A DNA stretch of 32,000 nucleotides, taken from an uncultured Erysipelotrichaceae bacterium. GTDB taxonomy: Bacteria; Bacillota_I; Bacilli_A; Erysipelotrichales; Erysipelotrichaceae. Location of the stretch: positions 150,001 through 182,000 of the forward strand of contig CAYNZZ010000001.1 of NCBI GenBank assembly GCA_964401865.1, read 5' to 3'. Under the pieces are notes generated by a model. The model made no database searches. It was not told the origin of the DNA and saw nothing but the letters and a program-made list of their open reading frames with translations. Positions 7,849 to 15,646 of this stretch are shown one piece after another. Every line of letters starts with the position of its first letter. The first letter of the stretch is position 1. A program made the translations under genes and the position numbers.

Positions 7849-7872
7849 AAATGCTAAAAATATCGTATAATT

Positions 7873-8823
7873 ATGTCTATGAATAAAAACAATGGATCAT
7901 CAATTATTCCCTTAATATTTTTTATATTCTTCATATCGACAGGTGGTTTTGGGCTATTTAGTTTAATACCGGTTTTTGTTGTGTTCTTTGTCTTTTTTGC
8001 AATATTTAAAAGTATATTTAATTCTAACAATCAACCGCAGGCAAGGTCGAGAGTTAGAAGCACTGCAAGAAGCAATAACACTGCTAAAAGTTTATCTAAC
8101 AGAGATCGTAGCCGAATAGATAAGAAATTAGCTAGATATTTTAGGCAGAATATTAAGTTGCCTATTTTAGATAATATTTCTCTAACCACTAAAAACGGTA
8201 ATTATACAGTGATTGAAGAATTATATATTTCTATGGGTGATGAGTTAATCATCTCGATGGATGATTTTAAGAATAATTATCCTGATATGTATTCGAGGAT
8301 ATGTGATTTGTTGCTGGTTTTCTCTAAGCAGGAAGATGAAGTTTTAAATGCTGAAGTTAAGGTAGAAGAAGTGAAGAAAGAAGAAAAACTGTCAGATGCC
8401 GAAAAGTATATTGATAAGATTAATTCTTTAAATAATGATATTCCCAATGAAGAAGTTACTAATGGTTTATATCAGACATCGGCTCTTTTAAAACAAATCG
8501 AGTTGTCTGCTGATAAGGATGATGAAGATAAGTTATCTAAATTATATGATTATTATTTGCCTATTCTTACTAAGATTTTAGAGAATTATAAGACTTTATC
8601 TAAGGTAAATGGCGATAGTGAAGAAATAAAAAAGAGTGAAGTTCAATTGATTAAGACGATAATTTTAATTAACGAAGCACTTAAAGAATTGAATAATTCT
8701 TTACATGAAGATGAATATATGAATCTATCTGCTGATATTACTACATTACAGTCATTGTTAAAAAAAGATGGTTTAGTCAATTCTAATCCATTCCAGAAAG
8801 AGGATGAAAATGGAGAAAAATAA
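7873..8823 (+). CDS. Membrane-anchored protein with 2 N-terminal TM helices, a basic linker and a coiled-coil C-terminus; possibly XpaC-like (PF10112-like)
   Basis: TM helices are IIPLIFFIFFISTGGFGLF and LIPVFVVFFVFFAIF, followed by an R/S/K-rich linker. The C-terminal LSKLYDYYLPILTKILENYKTLSK resembles the YLP...LL..Y motif of XpaC (5-bromo-4-chloroindolyl phosphate hydrolysis) proteins, which also have 2 N-terminal TMs. The family call is from memory and unverified. The start may instead be the ATG at 7879. Confidence 0.7.
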   Translation: MSMNKNNGSSIIPLIFFIFFISTGGFGLFSLIPVFVVFFVFFAIFKSIFNSNNQPQARSRVRSTARSNNTAKSLSNRDRSRIDKKLARYFRQNIKLPILDNISLTTKNGNYTVIEELYISMGDELIISMDDFKNNYPDMYSRICDLLLVFSKQEDEVLNAEVKVEEVKKEEKLSDAEKYIDKINSLNNDIPNEEVTNGLYQTSALLKQIELSADKDDEDKLSKLYDYYLPILTKILENYKTLSKVNGDSEEIKKSEVQLIKTIILINEALKELNNSLHEDEYMNLSADITTLQSLLKKDGLVNSNPFQKEDENGEK

Positions 8824-9316
8824 GATTGATGATATTTATTCTTTGTTAGATGAAATTACAAATGATGAGAGAAAAAATGATATTAGTCAAAAAGATGATA
8901 ATTTAAATGGCCGAAGATCTAAGAATTTAGCAGGTATTGCCAAAACTATTAATCAAAACAGAATTGTGAGGAAACCTATTTTACCAAGTATTACAAGTTA
9001 TAGTAATCGTTTTGATTGTTTTGAAAAGCTGATCGAAAACTGTGATTATGGTTCGGTATATTCAGAGAGTTATGTTGAAGGTCATAAAGAAGCACTTTAT
9101 AAATATTTGGATAGTGCCAAAGAAAATCCAAATAACTTATTTATTGCTGAAGGAAAGCTTAACGATGAGATAAATAAATATGCTAGAGCGAGTAAATCAT
9201 CAATATATGTCAAAGGATACTATGATGGTTTATTATATGTGTATAAGGCATTTAAACGTTCAAAAGAACTCATAGCAGATAATATCTATAAGATTTTAAA
9301 AAGAGAGATTGGCTAA
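8810..9316 (+). CDS. Hypothetical protein (168 aa), no family recognised
   Basis: The ORF overlaps the upstream gene's end. GAGG at 8800-8803 is 6 nt from the ATG at 8810 and abuts the ORF-track ATG at 8804. Its stop overlaps the next start (TAATG at 9314-9318). Confidence 0.7.
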   Translation: MEKNKIDDIYSLLDEITNDERKNDISQKDDNLNGRRSKNLAGIAKTINQNRIVRKPILPSITSYSNRFDCFEKLIENCDYGSVYSESYVEGHKEALYKYLDSAKENPNNLFIAEGKLNDEINKYARASKSSIYVKGYYDGLLYVYKAFKRSKELIADNIYKILKREIG

Positions 9317-11301
9317 TGAAATACAATGAAGAAAAAGAAAGATTGATGAAAGAAGTATTAGGGAAAAATCGAAATTTTTCAACTGCTTATAGTGATTCAT
9401 TAGATGTTTTAAAAGAAACTGAAACTGAATTGCAGAAGATTATTGATCGAAATAATCGAGCGATTACAGAACTCAAAAGTAATGCGACAATGTCAGATAA
9501 CGATTTAAAATCGTTGAAGAAGGAAATTGAAAAAGATTTCAATGTAAAGATTGATGCACCGGAAAATATTGTTTATGGTAAGGCATCAAAAGAAGTATTT
9601 GATAAGATTAACGAAGAATTAAAAGCCATGGTAGTCGGTCAAGAAGAAGCAGCTGATTTGATGACTATTGCATTCAGAAGACCTTATGTTACAGGGGCTA
9701 ATCCAATGAAGATTAGGAATTCTATATTACTTACCGGCAACAATGGCAGTGGTAGGCACCTATTGGTGAATAGTATGGCTAATCTATTGAAAAAGAATGG
9801 TTTAACAACATCGAATGAAGTTTTTACTATCGATATGTCACGCTATCAGTCGCAAAGTCAGGAAGCATTATTTTTACAGGACTTATATGTTTCTTTGCAA
9901 GGAAAAAATCCCATCGTTGTAATTGAAAATTTTGAGAGTTCATCACCAGTTTATAATCGCATGTTGGCAGAACTTACAATAACTGGTAAATGTAATCTCA
10001 ATAAACGTTATGTTTTTGCCAATAACCAACTTCAAGAGGCTACCAGCAAGCTTACAAAAGAATCTATTGATCATTTAGAAGGCAATAACAAAACGCTTGT
10101 CTATATATCGGAAAATAAACCTTCAAAGATTATGGATTATTTTGGTAAATCTTTTATTGATGCGATTGATGATAAAATTAGTACTGTTTTATTAGATGAG
10201 GATGCTTTAAATATCATCATTGATAAAATGATGGCTTCGTTTAAACAGAAATGTACAAATCAGCTAGAAATGAATATTCAGATTGATGGCTCGGTTAAAG
10301 ATTATATTAAATCATGTTTTGAACCTAACGATGGTGTTGATTCTATCTCGCCAATCATCAATAAGATTTATGATGAGATAGTAGATTTAGCTTTACGCAA
10401 TGAGAATATTGTAACTTTGACATTGAAATATGATTCACAGGTAATTGCTTATAATGATCAAAATGAATATGCATTGGAATTGATGGATGATTCAAAATAT
10501 GAAAGAGAAGCGATACAGAAAGAACTCGATGAAATAGTTGGTCTTAATACGGTTAAGGAGTATTTGTTAAGTCTTGAAAATCATATTAAGGTTTCCAAAC
10601 TTCGCAAACAAAAAGGTTTGAAGACAGCTGAAGTATCTAAACATATGATATTTACTGGTAATCCTGGTACTGGTAAGACTACTATTGCAAGACTTATTTC
10701 AAGAATGATGAAGGCTTGCGGTATCTTAAAACAAGGTCAACTAGTCGAGGTTACTAGGGCTGATTTGGTTGGTAAATATGTTGGGCATACCGCTCCTCTT
10801 ACGATGGATGTTATACAGAGCGCTATTGGTGGTGTATTATTCATTGATGAGGCATATTCTTTATATCGTGGTAAAGATGATTCTTTTGGCTTAGAGGCTA
10901 TTGACACAATCGTTAAAGCGATGGAAGATCATCGTGATGATTTGATAGTAATATTAGCTGGTTATTCTAAGGAAATGGAAGATTTCCTTACGGCAAATAG
11001 TGGACTTAAATCAAGATTTGCAAATATAATTCACTTTGAAGATTACACAGGTGAAGAATTAATGCTTATATCCAAGAGTATCGCAAAATCGAAAGACTAT
11101 GTCATTGAAAAAGAGGCTTTAAAACCCCTTCAAGACTATTTCACTATTGTTCAAATGCGTAAAGATTCTACATCCGGTAATGGTCGTCTAGCTAGAAATC
11201 TAGTTGAAGATGCTATACTTCGCCAGTCAAAGCGTCTATTAGATAATCCTGATTATGCAATGGATGTCTTAAAACTTGAAGATTTTAATTTGAATAATTA
11301 A
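9316..11301 (+). CDS. Tandem AAA+ protein: coiled-coil N-terminus, degenerate Clp/Hsp100-D2-like module, intact SpoVK/CbbX-type AAA+ module
   Basis: The C-terminal module has Walker A GNPGTGKTT (10657-10683), Walker B VLFIDEAY (10834-10857), LIVILAGY, SRF and GNGRLARN, as in the SpoVK/CbbX/EccA family. The N-terminal module reads VVGQEEAADLMTIAFRR...ILLTGNNGSGRHLL...IDMSRYQS...IVVIENFESS and aligns by eye to Clp D2 (ViGQdeA...R.......l.GPtGvGKTeL...iDMSEY...vvLfDEiEKA). It has lost the P-loop Lys and the Walker B Asp-Glu. Confidence 0.85.
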   Translation: MKYNEEKERLMKEVLGKNRNFSTAYSDSLDVLKETETELQKIIDRNNRAITELKSNATMSDNDLKSLKKEIEKDFNVKIDAPENIVYGKASKEVFDKINEELKAMVVGQEEAADLMTIAFRRPYVTGANPMKIRNSILLTGNNGSGRHLLVNSMANLLKKNGLTTSNEVFTIDMSRYQSQSQEALFLQDLYVSLQGKNPIVVIENFESSSPVYNRMLAELTITGKCNLNKRYVFANNQLQEATSKLTKESIDHLEGNNKTLVYISENKPSKIMDYFGKSFIDAIDDKISTVLLDEDALNIIIDKMMASFKQKCTNQLEMNIQIDGSVKDYIKSCFEPNDGVDSISPIINKIYDEIVDLALRNENIVTLTLKYDSQVIAYNDQNEYALELMDDSKYEREAIQKELDEIVGLNTVKEYLLSLENHIKVSKLRKQKGLKTAEVSKHMIFTGNPGTGKTTIARLISRMMKACGILKQGQLVEVTRADLVGKYVGHTAPLTMDVIQSAIGGVLFIDEAYSLYRGKDDSFGLEAIDTIVKAMEDHRDDLIVILAGYSKEMEDFLTANSGLKSRFANIIHFEDYTGEELMLISKSIAKSKDYVIEKEALKPLQDYFTIVQMRKDSTSGNGRLARNLVEDAILRQSKRLLDNPDYAMDVLKLEDFNLNN

Positions 11302-11620
11302 TGCTATATATTTAAAAATAAAGTTTTTAAAAATGATGAATAACTAAATTGTAGGTGTTTTTATAAAGGATATTAAAATGCCTATTTTGATGGTAAAAAA
11401 AATAATTACTTATATTGCTTAAAGTGACTATCGGCTTTTAACGCATAAGCAACTAGCATATATTTGGATTTTTCCATTATTGTTAAATCCGCAACATTAG
11501 TGTAAAATTTAATTATAAGGGAGATAGAATGGTTAACTATAATCTTGGTAGGTATAAGAACGGAGAAATACAATAAACATTTTGTGTTTTTGTTAGCGTT
11601 ATAAAAGAAAGGATTTAATT

Positions 11621-12133
11621 ATGAAAATTCAAAAAATAGTATCAATTTGTGCTAGTGCACTTCTTCTGCTTACATTATCGCCTGCTTTAAGTTCGAATAT
11701 ATCGGCTGAAGAAGAATACAAGCCTTGTAGTGTTTCTAAATTTCCTGTTCCAGAAGAAGAAAGAGTAATTCTCATATCTGACAATTCGTATATCACAGTT
11801 AGTAGAGGAGCCGTTATTACAAAATGGGTAGATTCAACATATAGCATTAGAATTCAAGATGTAGGTGGTAGTTGTGTATCTAGCGCTAAAGTCAGAATCA
11901 CTGGGCAATATTCTTATGATTCTACATCCAACGAAATTTTAAGCGTTGATTTATCTTCACAAGTAACATATGTTCCACCATTATGGACGGTGGAAGTTCA
12001 GCGTTCATTTTACACAATTGTTGGGCAAGGCATTACATATAGTATAAATTACTGTTCCAGAGTTGATGATCCATATTCTTGTTTAATTGGTGGAGGCAAC
12101 TGGTATAATCAAGCGACTTTTACAATTAGATAA
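11621..12133 (+). CDS. Secreted protein (170 aa), unknown family
   Basis: It has a signal peptide (MKIQKIVSICASALLLLTLSPALS|SN), an SD AAAGGA upstream, a mature part rich in beta-strand-like alternation, and 4 Cys. Confidence 0.75.
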   Translation: MKIQKIVSICASALLLLTLSPALSSNISAEEEYKPCSVSKFPVPEEERVILISDNSYITVSRGAVITKWVDSTYSIRIQDVGGSCVSSAKVRITGQYSYDSTSNEILSVDLSSQVTYVPPLWTVEVQRSFYTIVGQGITYSINYCSRVDDPYSCLIGGGNWYNQATFTIR

Positions 12134-12166
12134 TTATATTATTGCTTATTAAAATAAATAAAACCT

Positions 12167-12412
12167 ATGTCAAAGAAAAATAAAAAATGGATTATCGTTA
12201 CAAACAAGCTTACATATTTATTATTTTTAACGGTGCCTATTGGGCTTTTAAAGATATTCTTATATGATATTAAATTTGATGATATGGTAAATATGATTAC
12301 TCAAATATTCATTTCAATCATCATTGCATTTTTAGGTATCTACTTCTTCATAAAACTAAATTCTTATTCAGAATGGATGAATCATAATCATCCAAAACCT
12401 GATGATAATTAA
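12167..12412 (+). CDS. Small membrane protein (81 aa, 2 predicted TM)
   Basis: A basic N-terminus (MSKKNKKW) is followed by two hydrophobic helices (LTYLLFLTVPIGLLKIFL and ITQIFISIIIAFLGIYFFI). It starts 33 nt after the secreted-protein gene and is followed by a strong terminator. Confidence 0.6.
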   Translation: MSKKNKKWIIVTNKLTYLLFLTVPIGLLKIFLYDIKFDDMVNMITQIFISIIIAFLGIYFFIKLNSYSEWMNHNHPKPDDN

Positions 12413-12468
12413 CTAGGGTCCGATATAAAAAGATTGATTTAAATTATCTAGTAGGTAAATTTTAAAAA

Positions 12469-12512
12469 GGGATATAGAAAATCATATTTTATGATTAACT
12501 ATATCCTTTTTT
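12469..12512 (+). terminator. Rho-independent terminator
   Basis: GGATATAG (12470-12477) pairs with CTATATCC (12499-12506), with inner AATCAT/ATGATT pairing, and is followed by a T6 run. Confidence 0.75.
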
Positions 12513-12739
12513 GGTGTTTGGCTAATTCATAAAATAATTATGTTTAATAGGAAAACTAAGAGTGGCTAATTTATTAAGGCAATACATTATTCAATATTCA
12601 ATTTATGAAACTTTTTAAAGTCCGTATTCTTTTTATAATTCTTTATATTTATTATATAAAAGTACAGTTCAACAGTATGCAAGATTATTCATGTTCAGTT
12701 TTAAATAATGATTATTGGAGAATATGGTAAAATGAAAAT

Positions 12740-14059
12740 ATGTTAAGTGATACTATTTGTGCAATATCGACTTCTCTATCTAATGGGGCTATTTCCATTG
12801 TGAGAATGTCTGGTGATGAGAGTTTTAATATTATTAAAGAAGTGGCACATATCGATGATAGTAAGATTAAGGCTAATCATGTAATATATGGTCATATTTA
12901 CGATAAAGATGAAAGAATTGATGAAGTATTGATAAGCTTTTTTGTGGCTAAACATTCATACACCAAAGAAGACATCGTTGAAATTAATTGCCATGGTGGC
13001 ATTTATGTTACTAGAAAAGTATTAAATATATTGATTGAAAAAGGAGCTAGACTTGCGGAAGCTGGTGAGTTTACTAAACGTGCATACTTAAATGGCAGAA
13101 TTGATTTAGCTAATGCCGAAGCAATCAATGACTTAATTAATGCTAATAATGTCTATCAGGCAAAATCAGCTATGAAAGGAATTGATGGCAGCATTCAAAG
13201 ATTACTAGATCCCATCATTTCAAAGATGAAAGATGTTTTGTCGATGATAGAAGTAAATATTGATTATCCTGAATATGAAGATGAAAAGGATATGACACAA
13301 TCAGAAATTAAACCACATCTAATTGAGTGGAAAGAACTATTTAATGAGATGATTGATAAAGCTGAACGTTTTAGAGTTGTTAAAGATGGTCTTAAAACAG
13401 TTATCATCGGTAAGCCTAATGTCGGTAAGAGTTCGCTATTAAATGCCTTACTTGAAAAAGATAAGGCAATAGTAACCGATATTGCCGGCACGACAAGAGA
13501 CTTAGTTGAGGGGCATGTCAATTTGAAAAATACATCTTTACATTTAATTGATACAGCAGGAATAAGGCAAAGTGAAGATGTTGTTGAAAAGATAGGTATC
13601 GAAAAAAGCATTCAGGCTTTAAATGATGCTGAACTTGTAATACTGGTTCTTGATGGTTCAAACGATTTAGATGATATAGATAAAGAACTACTAGATTTAA
13701 GTGCTAATAAAAGACGAATTATTGTTTACAATAAGAAAGACATCAAAAATCATGATGGCATCTCCATCAGTGCTATGAATAAAGATATTAAGCCATTAAT
13801 AGATGCGATTGATGAAATGTTTGAAAACGATACAGTCTTAGTTGATGAGGATATTTTGAACAACGAAAGGCAGATAGCTTTAATGAAGAAAGCATTAAAT
13901 GAGATTAATTATGCACTTAATGATTTAGATGATATGCCAATTGATGTCATATATACATCAATTATGGAAGCTTATCATTACTTGTCAGATATTTTAGGTC
14001 GAGAATATAAAGAAGATTTAATAGATCATATGTTTAGGAATTTTTGTTTAGGTAAATAA
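12740..14059 (+). CDS. mnmE: tRNA uridine-5-carboxymethylaminomethyl modification GTPase MnmE (TrmE)
   Basis: N-terminus DTICAISTS..GAISIVRMSG, G-domain GKPNVGKSSLLNAL / DIAGTTRD / DTAGIR, and the diagnostic C-terminal FCLGK. Confidence 0.95.
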   Translation: MLSDTICAISTSLSNGAISIVRMSGDESFNIIKEVAHIDDSKIKANHVIYGHIYDKDERIDEVLISFFVAKHSYTKEDIVEINCHGGIYVTRKVLNILIEKGARLAEAGEFTKRAYLNGRIDLANAEAINDLINANNVYQAKSAMKGIDGSIQRLLDPIISKMKDVLSMIEVNIDYPEYEDEKDMTQSEIKPHLIEWKELFNEMIDKAERFRVVKDGLKTVIIGKPNVGKSSLLNALLEKDKAIVTDIAGTTRDLVEGHVNLKNTSLHLIDTAGIRQSEDVVEKIGIEKSIQALNDAELVILVLDGSNDLDDIDKELLDLSANKRRIIVYNKKDIKNHDGISISAMNKDIKPLIDAIDEMFENDTVLVDEDILNNERQIALMKKALNEINYALNDLDDMPIDVIYTSIMEAYHYLSDILGREYKEDLIDHMFRNFCLGK

Positions 14060-14060
14060 C

Positions 14061-14822
14061 ATGGCATGGTTAGATTCACATACACACATTAATGATGAAG
14101 CTTTTGATGATGATTTAGATGATGTTTTAAATCGCATGATAGAAAATGATGTAAAAAAAGCGATGATTGTCTGTTTAAATGAGAATGATTTTAATCGTGC
14201 TTTAAAGATTAAAAGAGATGGTATTGAATTTGATATTGCGTTAGGGATATATCCTGGCGATGTCAAAAAGATGAATGACGAAGAAAAAGAAAGAATCTTA
14301 GAATTATTAGCCGATCCAAGAGTTAAGGCAGTTGGTGAGATAGGTCTAGATTATTATTGGGATAAAGATAATAAACAAGATCAAAAAGATATGTTTACAA
14401 GACAAATTAAGATTGCTCAAAAACTAAATAAGCCAATAATTGTTCATAGTAGAGATGCGATTCAAGATACATATGATATATTAAGAAACAATAGAGTTGA
14501 TGGGGTAATGCACTGTTATAGTGACTCGAAAGAAATGGCAAAAGAATTATTAAAATTAGGCATGTATATATCGTTATCAGGAACTGTGACATTTAAAAAT
14601 TCTAAAGAACCTAAAGAAGTAGCTAAAATTGTACCTTTAGATCGTTTATTGATAGAAACCGATGCACCATATCTAGCACCAGTACCAAATAGAGGCAAGA
14701 GGAACGAACCGGCATTTGTGGCATTAACCGGGGCATATATTGCTGAACTGTTAAATATTGATGAAGAAATATTAAAAAAACATATCAATGAAAATTATGA
14801 TAGTTTATTTAGAAAGGTATAA
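14061..14822 (+). CDS. TatD-family metal-dependent hydrolase/DNase
   Basis: DSHTHIND, GEIGLDYYW, IIVHSRDA, HCYS and ETDAPYLAP motifs. It starts 1 nt after the mnmE stop. Confidence 0.9.
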   Translation: MAWLDSHTHINDEAFDDDLDDVLNRMIENDVKKAMIVCLNENDFNRALKIKRDGIEFDIALGIYPGDVKKMNDEEKERILELLADPRVKAVGEIGLDYYWDKDNKQDQKDMFTRQIKIAQKLNKPIIVHSRDAIQDTYDILRNNRVDGVMHCYSDSKEMAKELLKLGMYISLSGTVTFKNSKEPKEVAKIVPLDRLLIETDAPYLAPVPNRGKRNEPAFVALTGAYIAELLNIDEEILKKHINENYDSLFRKV

Positions 14823-14824
14823 GC

Positions 14825-15637
14825 ATGAAATATACATTAGAAAACGATGTTATTAAATTAGTGGTCGATAGTTTCGCATCTGAAATGCACGAATTATGCT
14901 TAAAAGAAAATGGCATCAATGTTTTGTGGAATGGTAATCCAAAGTTTTGGAAAGGCAGAAATCCTACGCTGTTTCCTCAAGTGGGGAATACGCAAAATGG
15001 CATCATCTCTTTTAAAGGCCATGAGTATAAAATGGGCAATCATGGAATATGTCGCGATAGAGAGTTCAATCTAAAATCTAAAACAGATAATGAATTAGTT
15101 ATGGAATTAATATCTAATGAAGATACCAAGAACATTTATCCTTATGATTTTAAGATAGAAATTAAATATGTTTTGAAGGCTAATAGAGTGGATATAATTT
15201 ATCGTATTTATAATGAAGATAGTGAGGAACTCCCTTTTGGCTTTGGACTTCACCCTGCATTTAATTGTCCTTTAAAGTCTGGTGAAAATTTTGAAGATTA
15301 CTGCATTTATTTTTGCCAAAATGAAAAAGAAATAGTTGATAAAAAACTAAAGTTAAAAGAAGAAATGTTTTTAGGTGATAAGACTATTACCATTAACAAT
15401 CCTAATTCTGATTCGGTTATTTTAAGTAATGGCATCAACAAAATCAAAGTGATATTTCCTGCTTTTCCATATTTGGCGATATGGAAAAAGGAGATGGCTC
15501 CTTTTATTTGCATTGAACCGTGGATGAATAAATCCGGGTGTTTTAAAGATTATAATAATAATCCAAAAACTGATAGTATAATTAGATTAAAGCCTAAAAG
15601 ACAACTATTGATATCATATAGTATAGAATTGGCTTAG
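14825..15637 (+). CDS. Aldose 1-epimerase family protein (LacX-like)
   Basis: LFPQVGN, HGICRD, GFGLHPAF and IEPW motifs fit the galactose-mutarotase-like fold. Confidence 0.8.
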   Translation: MKYTLENDVIKLVVDSFASEMHELCLKENGINVLWNGNPKFWKGRNPTLFPQVGNTQNGIISFKGHEYKMGNHGICRDREFNLKSKTDNELVMELISNEDTKNIYPYDFKIEIKYVLKANRVDIIYRIYNEDSEELPFGFGLHPAFNCPLKSGENFEDYCIYFCQNEKEIVDKKLKLKEEMFLGDKTITINNPNSDSVILSNGINKIKVIFPAFPYLAIWKKEMAPFICIEPWMNKSGCFKDYNNNPKTDSIIRLKPKRQLLISYSIELA

Positions 15638-15646
15638 GAGGTTAAA

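Noticed and set aside
7842-7871. Sigma-W/ECF-type promoter (CGTA at 7864-7867) upstream of the XpaC-like gene
   Set aside because: No TGAAAC-like -35 lies at the required 16-17 nt spacing. The CGTA is simply the 5' flank of a TATAAT.
11629-11847. 72-aa minus-strand ORF; likewise 13264-13611, 14048-14266, 14407-14592, 14516-14788, 15307-15513 and 16427-16660 (all minus)
   Set aside because: All are antisense to genes with strong family signatures or signal peptides. They lack SDs and have skewed shadow-frame composition.
12413-12739. Possible replication origin next to mnmE (mnmE is often origin-proximal)
   Set aside because: I found no TTATCCACA-type DnaA boxes in this or the neighbouring intergenic regions. 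The usual partners (rnpA, yidC, jag, mnmG, rsmG, parB, dnaA) are absent from the window.
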